Assembly: GCA_040954595.2 (NCBI GenBank)
Contig: CM082596.2
Location: 2,780,656 to 2,844,655 of the forward strand
Direction of reading: 5' to 3'
DNA: 64,000 nt
Source of the DNA: Balanoglossus misakiensis
Taxonomy: Eukaryota; Animalia; Hemichordata
Shown here: positions 12,647 to 26,100 of the stretch, in pieces
Position numbering within the stretch: position 1 is the stretch's first letter
Layout of the letters: the number at the start of each line of letters is the position of its first letter
Position numbers and translations under genes: made by a program
Notes under the pieces: generated by a model
What the model was told of the DNA's origin: nothing
The model's input: the letters and a program-made list of their open reading frames with translations, nothing else
The model's database searches: none

Positions 12647-14958
12647 TCTCCGCGTCATCCTCTTGTTCAGTAGGTGCCCGCCGGCTCCCCCCCCCCCAGA
12701 TTGGCAAAAGCCACCGAGGAACACAGTGCCGATGTTAATTTGCCGCTCAGCTCCTTTCATCCGCGGTTGCCAGGATATGCGTTGTTATCATGGCAACCGA
12801 CTTGCGTCAATGTGCGTCACTGAGTCTTCCCAGAACCAAAGCGATTGATGTCAATCTGATATCGCTATAATGTCGTTTGGGCTATTTTTAGTGATTTTTC
12901 CCCCTAATTCTCGACAAAAGACGGTATTAACCCACGCAAAAATACGGCAGTATTTTTGTAATTTCTTTGATTTCAAATTCATGTATCTGCGCCTATTTTC
13001 GGACTATTGTTTCTGTAGACACGCTGTTCAATTAAGCGGCGCATTCTGTCAAAAAATTAAAGCGGAACTATGCTGTTTTCAAACCACACCAAAATGGACG
13101 CAAATGTTTACATGCCTTGAATTGTTTGAAGGTAACAGAGTGATCAAGGTCCACACGAGATATAATTTTCTATATTTTGTCAGTAGACACGTGGTTCTCT
13201 TCAGGAGTTTTTTAAATACGTTTTTTCTGTGACATGTCTACAACTGAAACACAAATATCTTCTATTAAAATGTCAACGCACATGTGTCGAACTGAAGTTA
13301 ACATTTTAAGAACTGGTAATATTTGTGGATTTTGGATGCGCTTTGCTGAGACTCGTCGACACTAATGCATGCAAACTTATGTTATACAGTGTTATACTGC
13401 ATATAGTGTTTGTAATCTACGCTCGTCTCGTCTTCTCACCTTTCCAATATCCCTCGAAATCGCCCATTTTCGTGATCAATTTGCCCCAGTTTTGACCCAT
13501 GCTCTTGGTGCCTTATCAGTTTCCTGACTCAACTTGGCCTCGTCCAACTTTGCACCCATCCCCGCATGCATGCACACTTCTCCACTGTGTCCCGTCTTGT
13601 CCTTTCCCCCAAGAATCTTCCTCTCATCTTTTGGTTCCTGTCTTGCAACCTGTTTTGTCAGCCTCTCAGGAAAAAGTAGCCCATTGTCTGGCTTCGTCAA
13701 GCAGCCAACCACCATCCTGGGGAAAAACAGAGAGACAGGTCACAACTTTGTCTGAAAAATTACATGATTTACGTTAATATTGCTTTTACCGATTACCAGA
13801 AATTCGAGAGGAACATCCAGATCAGGTAGAATCGAGAGACTTTTCCTGGAGAGTCATCTACACGTGCGATCTAAAACAAAATATCATGACGGTAGCCTTG
13901 GCACCAGATCAGTGAAGGGTCGATGGTTCATTTGGCTGAACCGAAAAAGAACACGTTAATCAGTGGATTTATACCATGAATCTTGGAATAACTATTAGAA
14001 AGAAACAAGAGAAAGCGGTATTTGGAGATTTGTGAATTTCAAAACTGATTCCGGAGAGAAAAAAACGCACAGCTATGGCGGCCGTCAGCCAGACAGCAAA
14101 AGCCAATCTGTCAGCAAATCACCGGTTTTGGAGTGACAAAAACGGAATATTGATCTCAAAGCAGGTCTTTGAGCTTCGATTGAGTCTGGGTCTTCCAAGA
14201 TCTGGTAACCGTGACATAAATTACGAAAGTTTAGAGAAGCGAAGGGGATCTCTGCCGTTTCGACAAACATCCGAAAATGCGCGTCTCGTCGTCCCGTGAT
14301 TAAGACTAAAAATCAAGCACGAAATGCGAAATAAAACAGGTTATGATGATATTGAGATATAAAATGAAAAAGATATAATGATTCGCAAAATCGCTATGGA
14401 TGTAACCCCCAAGTTTAAAAGTATTCCAGGGTTCGGAAATAAAACATGACAGGATCTACCGTGAGTGATGCTGTCCCTATACCAACAACCAAGCGGCCTA
14501 GTATCACATCCAATCCCATCGTACGAGTTCAATGAAACACAATGATTTTTTTGTGACCACAGACGGTCTCAATTACCCACTTCCGAGGTTGGTGACCAGG
14601 CTACACGGGTACTTATTGACAACATGGTTGAGATACTTAAAAACTTATCACGGAAAAGTCCAAGTGAAGCAATGCGCATTGCATCTCTCTCTGTGTTAAC
14701 CCCTATACTTGAATAGAAATGGAAAGTCCACGTACATTTAAAAATCTCCGGCAGTATACAATCCATGACCCCGGCGATTGACGGTTTGCACCAGTTTTCG
14801 CCATCTTCGTCACTTTAAGTACGACGGCACACCTACGTAAGACGTCAACGGCCGACCCTCGACGATCGTAAAAGCAGTCCAAATAGACTACGCCGCATAT
14901 ATACCCCGTCCGTATTACGTGCGTGGACACAACTAAACTCCCCCCGATTCGCGCCATG

Positions 14959-15116
14959 TTTTATATACGTACGTCAGCAATTGACGTCACCATACTCAAA
15001 GTACTCCAATAACAAAACGTTTTACAAAAACAGATTCAACGATGCTGACGTCAGTGGCAAATATGGACAACCGACTGACGTCAGTAGCTAATTTAGTCGC
15101 TGATTGCCTTATATAG
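14959..15116 (-). promoter_or_regulatory. CRE-rich TATA promoter/enhancer of immediate-early type
   Basis: TATATAAAA (minus strand, 14959-14967), TACGTCA at 14970, perfect TGACGTCA at 14982, 15046 and 15076, near-CArG boxes at 15057 and 15107. Confidence 0.55.
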
Positions 15117-17672
15117 ACAATCTATTGTGCCGTATGACTACTACATTTGTTTAATAGACCCTGGTACCTGAGAGCCTCGGTAGCAGATGGGGCCCGACTG
15201 CCTGCCGAGCTATTTCGGGACTGGCTGGCAATTTCTGAATTGTATCATAGTAACCTGCTTCTCAAGCACCGACCTGTCTCGACCTAACATTTCTATTCCT
15301 ACACAATAACAATGAATGACACCTCAGACGATTTGTTATTCCTTTGCAAAAGTAGACAGTCTTCTGGAAACGTAACCTTTCGTCAGTTATACATAATATA
15401 TTTATCAGGGTATAGGAATGTCAATTTATAATGCATGCATTCAGCGAAAACGCACAAATTTAAATGTTTAATCCTCTTTCGCTGCACAAATTCGATATGT
15501 CAAATATTGATAGGACCTCGAAGAACTGGGAAAGGATAAATCCATATCTAACTATCTATTTATAATCTGCTTTATGTATTTGTAGAGCTGTTTTTTATTA
15601 AAATATTACACGCACTCCTTTGCAGTGATCCGTTGAATATTTTTAGGGTTTCCTTAAGGAGTTGATGTACATGTCTGTAGCGTACAATAACGACTAAATT
15701 TAAGATATAAGCTTATACTTCAATATTAAAACTGATAAACTATTAAAGTACATTGACCCATAATTTAGTATGACCAGAATCCGGGCAAACTGCAGCGTTT
15801 CATGGTAGTACGCAGCCGATGTATTCCGGGCGTAACTTCACGAACCTGGAAGCGAGATTTCTGATACTGTGCTTGGGGTGATATATGTCGCAAGTTTCGC
15901 AACCCACACGTTCTCGATCCACTGTTGCTTTGTGATTTCTGACGTCGAAGTGAGAGAAGGACGCGTCTAAAAGTACTTGGCCATAAATTTTGCCTTTCTT
16001 TAGTAACATGATAATAAAGGAGCTACCTATGACCTGTATACAAGAAAAAGACGGTCGAAGGTCACGGTTTGTATCGAATAGCATACTAATGCCCGGAAGC
16101 CTGCTGTCATGGTGCACGCAATAATTGCAGTAATTTACATCTGCTAGGGGGTATGACGTAAATTATACACGACACATTAATGTTCCCCTGCGCGAACTTT
16201 GCCCGCACGGGCGCCGGTCACGTACCCCCGTGCGTTGGTTATATAGACAACCGAGAAATAACTCAAGGAAAATTTAAATTTAGTTTGGCGACAGTGCAAA
16301 CAAATACAAACAGTTCCGCGCGTAAAATCCCTCCCTCACGCATAAACGGCTGCTGGCAACAGAAACAAATCGCTTTATTATCGAGAATTATCGAGTAATT
16401 TGTTGCGCAGTCGCAGCAAGTCTCTAGCTCAGTCGACGATGAAATAACGTAACACCCAGGGTAGCGTTTATGGCAAACCACGTGATCTTCGCGAGGGTGG
16501 AGCACAAAATCACGATATCAAAATCATTGTTGAATTTTGATGCTTTATATCAAAGAGTTTCATAAATTGCATGTAAAAATCATTTGGAACATCAGGGAAA
16601 GTCGAATGAATGAACGAACGAACGAATGAGTGAATGAACGAAGGAGTGGATGGATGGATAAATAAATGAATGATTGAACGATGAACGAAAACGTAGCATG
16701 TCAATGCATTTGGTGAGACATTCTTTGTCATTGTTTCCACCTCAAAAATATAAGAAAGACTAAAAATAGACACCCCGTCTTCTCTATTGATTTTCTGAGC
16801 CCAGTTCTCCTCCAAAAGTTGTGTGTAGGCGTCTTGAGGAGGCGTCTTGTAATGCCCAGGGTAAATTTTACAAGCAAGAGCTGTCTTCCTGCCACGCAAA
16901 AAACCCACATGGGTAGATATTAGCCTCTATTCCAGAGCTGCAGCCCCGGGTATTTAGTCCACACTTCGGGGAAACGAAGCAGATAGCCCCAGTCTTAATT
17001 TCCAACTGCATACTTCACGCCCAGGCCTTCTGGTACTTGTACTTTATGCCTACATCGCTCGACGGTCTATTATACAAATCATTCCACGGCAAATTCAGCA
17101 AGCCATTCCTCTCAATTTAACACGATTTTTTTTTCAAATTTCAGTGGAGGAAGACTTCAACAAAAGAAGACTACTACAGTTATGCATACCCATTGTAAAA
17201 ATTCTCAGTTTGAGGCCACGAACTCGTTTACATGTTATGTAACTACCACCTGTTGTTTTCAACCAGATTAAAAATTTCTAATATTAAAGCTGAAGTGATT
17301 GGATTGAGTTTTATATCACCCAGTGTGATCTAGAATTGTATTCTTATGATTCAAAACTGTGCGAACCAAATCATTTTCATACACGCCGTCTTCGAACATT
17401 GGACTTTCTGCTGAAGTAACGAAAATCGTTTATTTCCGGTGACCATGTCGTACATTTCCGGTGGCCATGTCGTTTCCACAGGATGACTGTCGTTCTGCAA
17501 CTAGACAACCGAATGCCGTCGCTGAAAAGCGCTACGGATCGAATCTGGCGGATTTCAGGTGTGCATTGTCGATTTCAGTTTAAGGGGGATGCTTCAAATC
17601 GATTTCTTCGACACAAATTACGCACACTATCACGTCAATGACTAGCATGAGAAGATGATCGCCTTTGTCGTT

Positions 17673-17716
17673 CATCCATCCATCCATCCATCCATCCATC
17701 CATCCATCCATCCATC
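17673..17716. repeat. (CATC)n microsatellite
   Basis: direct reading. Confidence 0.95.
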
Positions 17717-18036
17717 TTCCTAGATCACTTGTACTTATTTTACTAAACTTTTTTCAGTTGCGCCCACACATGCAATGGTTTGCTGGTGAGGTCAACAAAC
17801 GAGCTGAAATTTTGTACCATTATTGAACTTAAGTACGTGCAGAATGTTCCGAACTCAGAGGGAACATTCCTTGAAAAGGCCAGGTTTAGCTGAAAGCGGC
17901 GATATGTTGTTCATGCGTGGGTTGGTAAGACCGAATCAGCTTCAACATGATGATTTGCACACACTCTCTTAAACCACGGGGCTACAGAACCCACGAGTTG
18001 TTTCTGTAGCCTAGAGACAGCAGTCGAACAGCAAAT

Positions 18037-18181
<145 letters not shown>

Positions 18182-18689
18182 AGCTGTGATTAGAGATTCA
18201 CTTTCTGTAAGGAATACAAGAAAACTACTATTAATCTGAATAAGTTTTGAATGCTTTCTTTATTTCGGATGATGAACAAAGATGGCCTGGGATGTGCGTC
18301 AGTTAGAAATCTATGACGCCTTGCAATATTTGTCGATATTGATTACATGTAACAGGAAACTCTCTTCATCTTCAGAATGGTGAGCCTTTCACATTATCTC
18401 TTCCATCTCGCCAGGAAAGAATGCGATCAATGTAATTTTTACCCGTCGAATAAATCACATTTCCTTCGGTGATATTGACCAGAAACGGACAGCTGGAGTC
18501 GGACTTGAGGCGGCTGAAAAAATGACTGGCTCCGGAAGGACAGTGTGAGAGAGGAGCAAGTATTGACCTCCGGAAGGTGACATTGCATGGTGTGAACACT
18601 GGAACTTATGTCGTAACGATATCTCCGTCTCTCTCTCTTTCTCTGTCTCTGTCTGTCCCCCTTTCTCTAGCCCTCTCTCTCTCATCATC

Positions 18690-18712
18690 GACAGACAGAT
18701 AGACAGACACTC

Positions 18713-18804
<92 letters not shown>

Positions 18805-18810
18805 CGATAT

Positions 18811-18907
<97 letters not shown>

Positions 18908-18965
18908 CAGATAGATGGACAGATAGATAGAGAGAGAGATAGAGAGATAGAGAGATATAGAGATA
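18690..18965. repeat. (AGAT)n microsatellite with AGAC/AG variants
   Basis: direct reading. Confidence 0.95.
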
Positions 18966-19499
18966 GGCAGTCAGGCAGGCAAGCTGTTAACCAATAGAGG
19001 AAAGTAAAATCCCTGAAGGAAGAATACCCTGAAGAAGGATTGGAAATTGTGTCACTGCGATCGAAATCAGTTCTGTAGAAGTCTGCCTTTATCGACTCGC
19101 CGAGAAGCGGACACAAGCTGATGACGTGGTTATCCCCTCACCTGACGCCATTCGGAAACAGACTCAACGGGATTGCGATAAACGAAATCGAGCAATTGGC
19201 AGGTCAATAAAATCTATCGGATGTTGACCTGATGGACAGGATATTATCTTTCGACGGCGATGGACGAGATATCATCGCAAGACATCATATATGGTGCAAA
19301 AAAGACTATGGATTATCATGTTCCTACTTTGCTCGCCGATAATGACTCCAGATGAGAGAAACAAATCCAAATGTTGAAAACTTTTGTGTGTGTGCGTTTC
19401 CCAACAGGTGGCATGTTAGTGCTTCAACACTGTAAAGACTAGTGCCATACATTTCTAGGTACAGGAATCAAAATTTAATCTAAGAAATTAAGAGGTGCT

Positions 19500-19501
<2 letters not shown>

Positions 19502-19530
<29 letters not shown>
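19502..19530. repeat. (AG)n microsatellite
   Basis: direct reading. Confidence 0.9.
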
Positions 19531-19533
<3 letters not shown>

Positions 19534-21199
19534 GAAGAAGGCTGTCGGATAAAGGATGTGGACGGAGATATCTTCAAACATGATGTTAGTGCTGCAATCA
19601 TTAACGCCTCAAAGCCCCTCTCGCTCGTTACACGACGTATGGTGTACATACAAGCAGCGACCTGGCGTTCCACAACGATCCACATCTACAACATGATCTG
19701 GGTCGGGTTTGTACTATCGAACCGTTGAGAGAGAGTGGCCGAGGCTTCCTATCTGACAATATATCGAATTTGGACAGCGTCGCCGGGTGGCGAGGGCGCC
19801 TTTCCGAAAATCGACGGCACTGTTGGCCAGGAGAAACGTTGCTGTGTGGTCCGATTAGCCCCCTTATACAAATTACCGCCCCTCCTCTCAGTCAACTCAG
19901 ATAAGCTAAATTATTCCGCAAATCTCAAGGCCCACGCATGAGCTAATTAGCTCTGGCCTGACTTGAAGAGAAGGATGGCGTCACACAATGTATTAATATA
20001 TGCCTGATAAGATTAATATCCAAATGTGCTCACGTCAATTGTATAATGACGATGACGTAGGAGAAAAAATGTCTCATTTGCTATGACGCGCTGATGACGA
20101 CAGTTTCCGACCTATGTACGACATATCGGGCTTTCGGATCTATACAGGTAATACCAGCGTCGGAAAAGACGCATTGCCTGCGATAGATCAATCGGAACTA
20201 TTATGAAAATCATTTCCCGCATGCGTCATCGTTTCGGTGCGAATAGCGCAGGTATAATATGCAGGTGTCGTTTCTACACTCCCAAGAAATGAGACCAATA
20301 TCCGTGAATGAAACCTCTCCTTATATGAACACAGGGCAAGAATCTACCGACCCGTGTTGAAATTGACGGTGAAATGAAGTCTCCTCGTTCTCCGCTGCTG
20401 TGTGAAGGCGAGGCACTTGGTCGCACATTTATTATACATAATAATCATAAGCTTACAATATGAATCAGCGACATATGTGTATAATTTCAATAAATTTAAA
20501 ATTTTCCAGACATCGCATCTTTAGCCAATTTATAATGGTATTTTCACAGTAATTACAGTAATTAAGTCTATTTCATGTGTTGGAAAAGCTTACACCCCAT
20601 ACAACGATGAAATGGGCCTATGCCATTTTTGCTATTTTCTCTAAAAGGTGCAAATAAGAAAAAAAGACACTGGGAAAAAATTAGACATTTGTTATCCGAA
20701 AGTGTTCAAGTTACGAAAGGTGACAGAGAGGAATTGCCTCTTGGGTTGAAATGTTGGAGTGCGTGCGAATTCTTCTCAAGGAGCGAGGGCGCTGGTAGCA
20801 CTCAGTCAAACAACTCGACGTCTTTTCAATGAAAGATGTTATCCACGGCATATACCATTCCGGCTTTCTCCTTAGCCTGACACTGCTGATCTTATCTCCA
20901 CGATGTCATGCGCATGTATGCATGTATGTGTGTGTACGTATGTGTGTACATGTATTAGGCTTGTCAGTTTCATAGTACAGTACTTAATGCAAGATATAAA
21001 TATTCTTGAAGAAATGATATTTGTTTCACTTTTACTATCCGTAGAAAAGAAATCGAAAAACAGTGACATTGTGACTTTTATGCAAAAATAGACAACATGG
21101 TTACATAACACTTGCTGGTATTTGTAACGTACGGGTGTCGAGAGAAACCATGGATATGTGGATGCAATATATATTCCTAGTGAAACTGAGTTTCACTTA

Positions 21200-21460
21200 C
21201 CTGGAGGTCAAAGGTTATAAAAGGGCGTTGCCCTTGAGGTGCGTACTGTCTGCTGCGCAGTGGTGTGGCCTTGCGTTGTATACTTGATGTATACTGTACT
21301 GTAGATACAGTACATGCCGTTTAGGGCGGCCAGCGTTTGTTTTGGTCCCTGATTGGGACAAATCTGGACCAAATTTGAATTGTAGAAAGCCTTCACCACC
21401 TCCACGTCGATGTTACGAGTGAACGATCGCCGATTGTTTGCGAATTATACCGGTAAGTTA
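21200..21460. promoter_or_regulatory. Probable GPD2 promoter / 5' UTR exon, apparently bidirectional
   Basis: GC box (GGGCGG ~21324) and CCAAT (GATTGG 21351-21356) lie between outward-facing consensus donors: CCG|GTAAGT at 21453 (+) and CAG|GTAAGT at 21200 (-). Confidence 0.5.
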
Positions 21461-23057
21461 CTCTACTTGTCCAGCACTGATGGTTTTGAAACCAGTCGAT
21501 GACATTCAGTCAAGGTTACTCGAGGCCAAATCCCCACGGTGGTGTAACGGTTTGTACATTATCATACCTGTTTTATTTGTTGTTCTGTACAATCTATCAT
21601 GCAGCGATGAAGCCGTCCAGGTTTCTATGGGCGTCTTACTTTCTTTTGTAAAATGCAGTCAGACAACTCATGTTCTGCGCGTGAACCCTTCATGATGACG
21701 CAAAACTTGTCTGACTCATTTACAAAAAGGCTTGATGCACGCAGTATTGACCATCGTCCAAGTTTTATTCTGACTTGCTGCCAGTTTTGTTAGACGGATG
21801 CAGTCTGTGTAACAAGAAATGAGAGGGCCGTCGAATGTAGGATATTTCCAGAGGAAAAGTGCATGCTCATCTCGCGTGAGGGCCGTGGAATGTCAGGTCG
21901 GATAACACTGGATGACATAAAACACTTCCGGGTTATTCCCGATGCTTGGAAATTGAAATATCGATGTTTATATCTATGAAATCAGATCGGTGCCGACACG
22001 CCCACTTTTGGCTTGGTGGTTGCCATAGTTATGGTTTTGGTTCTCAAGACATTGTTTATTATCAACAAGGTGTTAAGTAAGCCAAATTTACATCTGAATA
22101 AGTCAATCTGCATAGTAAGGTTTTTCATTTGCATATAACAGTCTGTCAGACAAAGCACTGCATTAATGATTCAAGGTGACAATTGATGTGGTACCTCCTG
22201 CATTGGGGCCTGCTCTGCTGCAACTTGGGGCAGGCCTGCTGCAAGGAGCAGAACTCCACAATATTGATCTCCAATTACATTTGGCCCTTATTTGCACTGA
22301 TGCAAATATTTTGACTCTGATGTCTGAATGAAACATTTTTTTCCTTTGCCAGGATAGAATTTTAAGATCAGATCACAGAATTCAGATCATCTATTGTATG
22401 ATAGTCTGTGTGTGTGTGTGTGTAGGGGGTGCTACTCCTATGTTCCCTAACTGGGTCTACTTGCAATTATTTACACAGAAATGGATAGTACTGGGGTACG
22501 GTTTGGAAGTGGGTTGTGTCTGGCCCTGTTTCCCCTGATTCATGTGAAATCATAAAGCTCGAGATGTAAATGCAGGTCAATAAAGTCTAAGACTTTGGTA
22601 GACAAAAGTTGTCGGAGTTCCAGACAGCCTTTGGTAGTCTATAATAATAAATGTCACTGTTGTACCCCGGTATCACAAAGAACATACCCTTAACAATTGT
22701 TTTGGCAACAATGACGAGGAAAATAGGGGTGTTGCGTAAAATGCAAAGTTTAGAGACACGTCACTTATTCCACGCTAGCATTTCATGGTTTTTTCTCTCT
22801 CATTCTCTGTGTTAAAAGGGGGACATTTGACTCGTCAGGTGGCACACTTTTTTGTGTGGCCACTCAAGTGAAAATCTGTCATTGGCTTGAGGTATCTGTG
22901 GCTAGATTTGCACATAATACCAAGTGGACTATGTTATTGTTGCTGGCTGATGCTGATTCCAGGCTTGAATTTATTATGAAAAGTCAATGTATCAGTAATG
23001 ATTATCATTTTGTTTAGATAATTTCAGAAGTTGACCTGAAGTGACCAATCAGTGATA

Positions 23058-23162
23058 ATGGCTAGCTTTCAGAGAGTACGACGTCTTGGTGTGACTGGAG
23101 TGGCCATAGCGGCTGGAGCCACAGCGGCCTTTTTGGCGTTGAATCGTTCTCAATTTTCAGAC
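23058..23162 (+). CDS. GPD2: GPD2 coding exon 1 (mitochondrial presequence MASFQRVRRLGVTGVAIAAGATAAFLALNRSQFSD)
   Basis: ATG at 23058 downstream of acceptor ttcag (23027); donor GTAAGT at 23163; basic/hydrophobic presequence. Confidence 0.88.
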
Positions 23163-26100
23163 GTAAGTTTTCTTCAGACATAAAAGCTCACAAGACTTAA
23201 GATGTAAGTCATCCGATCTCAAGCTGCTTTTATAATAGAGTGATAGGGACCACGGTTTGCACACACTTACTCTGTAACCAAGAAACTCCCCTCCAAGGGG
23301 AAACAAATCTTGAAAAAAGAAGCAAAATTCTGTTTTTCTTGAACAAAGCTAAACCACCGTAGTTGTTTGAAAAAATCAGATGTTATCAAACAAACTCTAA
23401 GATGGCGATGACTACGATAACAAGCCAAAAGTAAATATGTTTTTGATGGAAGGATTTCACGTAAAAGAAGGATGAAAAATGAGGGAAAAGCACAAGTTAT
23501 TTGTTTGATTAAGATGTATAGATGATAGGGCCTTTACTTCAGTTGGAAGATGATGTACAGTACATAGTAGTAGAGATCAATGGCTTTTTACCTGTAGTGC
23601 GTTGTATCCCTTGTTGATCATCCCATGGGATTTGGAATAATAGTTTTGGGGACTATTAAATATGGTAGAAAGGCACTTTCATTGGTCAGATTCTTTTCGC
23701 AATAGTTGGAACATACCAAACCAAACTTAAGAAGTTGTTGAGAAATTGACTTTTTTTGCTTTGACAGAGACAAACATTACATGTGAATGCAGCTGAGAAG
23801 CGGGTGATTCCACAGTACACGCCACTCCCCACAAGAGAAGTGCAGTTAAAATCTTTGCAAGAGACACCGGAGTTTGATGTCTTGGTGATCGGAGGAGGTG
23901 CTACAGGATGTGGTGTGGCGTTAGATGCTGTCAGCAGAGGTTAGTCTTCATGAACAATCATAATCAGTGTTGTAGTATAGCACATACATGTACTTGATTT
24001 TTCTGTGTAAACACGGTCACTAAACAACCCAGTTTTGTGGAGTAATCGTAGATTAAATCATCCGAAATATTCACCCGTCTCTGAGAATTAGGGTGAGGAT
24101 ATCCATGAAAGGGTGTTTGTGATCTGGTGCATTTAACATTTGATGCTTGATATACAATAGAACTGCAGAATTTGGTCTCTAACTTTTGTATGGTTGATCT
24201 GTGTGTATTTCTTGTGAGACCACAATACCCTTTATGTACTTTTCATTTTGTTTTTCCAGGTTTACGCACAGCACTTATTGAGAAAGACGACTTTTCATCA
24301 GGGACCAGCAGCAGAAGCACAAAACTGATTCATGGCGGTGTCCGATATTTACAAAAGGCTATTATGGGACTCGACTATGAACAGGTATGTAGAAACTTTG
24401 AAATACCGTGTGGAAACAATTGGGACATGGTTGAGTGGGGTTGGGGTTGGACCTCTATAGAGGGAACTGGGGGTGAAAGGGTTTATGGAAATCAGTCTTG
24501 ACTCACAAATTCTTGCAAAATTTGAACCGGTTTGACAGAACTCATTTGAGTATTATATAGAGTATTATGTGCTCAGAAATAGCCCTTGGGCAAATATACT
24601 TGTAGTGCATGTGTGTATTACAAAGTGAATGAAACTGCCATGCATTATGAATGATTCAGTTTCATTAAGATATATAACACGAAATGATGGCAAAGTTGAG
24701 TGTGTGACCATGACCATAAAAGAAAATGGAGTGTATTAAAAGTATCCTTCATAAAAGTGTCTTTAATTTGGCGTATGTGATTTTTACAATGTCTGTGACA
24801 GTATTTCATCTAGCCGACTGAATTGCATGATTTATGTAAATTTGGCAGGTCATGTCTTTCAAGTGTTCTGGGGGGTGGGAAGATGAGTCTGTCTGTCATT
24901 TATAAAATCATTTCACCCCCTCAAAACTAAAGACAGACATTAATCTCAGGGACTTTTTTAACAAGCGACGACTCAAGATAGTTTTATGTAATGGTGGACA
25001 CCACTGAATGTGTTATAATGTACAGTGGAGCGGACATGTGAGGTGTCTTTCGGCCTTCATTTGCATAATTGCCGTCCATAGTAGCGTGTTGTTCTAAGCA
25101 GGTTCTTTGGGCTCAAAGTGAAGTGAAATAGTGAGGCTGAGCAATCTTGGTCAAAAACACCTCATTGGCTACATTGTAGTGTCAACAAGCACTGTCAACA
25201 ACTGTGATGAAAGATACTCTTTAAGAAGAAAGGTGACTCCCATTGGCTGAAGAGTCACTCACCCGAAACCACAATAAATGACCCTGCCTTGTTAATTTGA
25301 CTACACGGGTATGTCACCTAAGAGTGCGATATTTTGGCGTGTGCGTTTGACATCATCAATCACCTTGTCCCAAAGAGACCCTAAAGGGAAGAGGATAATG
25401 AAACGGCAAAATGAAATAGAAGATACTAATGAACCCGCACTGGGAATCTCCACGTTCAAGTTCATTCACAAAAAATAGAGTAATTAAGTGTCAGATGTAC
25501 TTTGATAACAGCAAGATCTGGGGACATTTACAAGGTACGGTGGTTTACCAATTATAATAAAGATGGGCATTATCTCAATTTCCAAAATAAGAACTTGCTA
25601 CCTGAATGGGAAGGTGTTGACTTTCTTCAAAAATTGGTGATGTGGAAGAAAAATAAATCATGAGAAAAAAACTTGAGTGTCAGGATTTGGCTGGAAATTT
25701 GGTGCTTGTAGTTTGCTGTTCAATCCGTGAATAAGATTCGTTCGGCTGACACTTTCGTGTTCTGTAATGTAAAATCTGTGTTTTTTTAAGCTTGACTGCC
25801 TCTAAAGGTGCAACCTCTTGTCCTGAGAAACTTATCAGAGCGATGACACTGTGTGGTCGGTGTGTGCTGTGACGCCATCATCAAAGTCTTTTCATCTTAT
25901 TCTTTCTGATCGTATGGAATGGCGACCGTGTATCCTTGGATGAGAGACCGCCACCAGTAGTTTCAAATCTGGCTGGAACACGCGGGTGTTTGGCGTGCGT
26001 GTGAAACATCCCCCCAGCGGGACACCAAATGCATCATTTTTATCTGCATCGTTTCAATTTCCAGAAGTTTTTATAGACTTCCTCCCTTCACACTTCACAG

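Noticed and set aside
18998-19080. [19 protein letters not shown], reminiscent of a thioredoxin-like helix-strand
   Set aside because: Short, bounded by stops, no CxxC and no splice sites.
18685-19116. 143-aa ORF with IYLS repeats
   Set aside because: Translation of the (AGAT)n microsatellite.
25203-25252. Box C (TGATGA) / box D (CTGA) pair in a GPD2 intron; a similar pair near 38014-38046
   Set aside because: Too short, no terminal stem and no evident rRNA complementarity.
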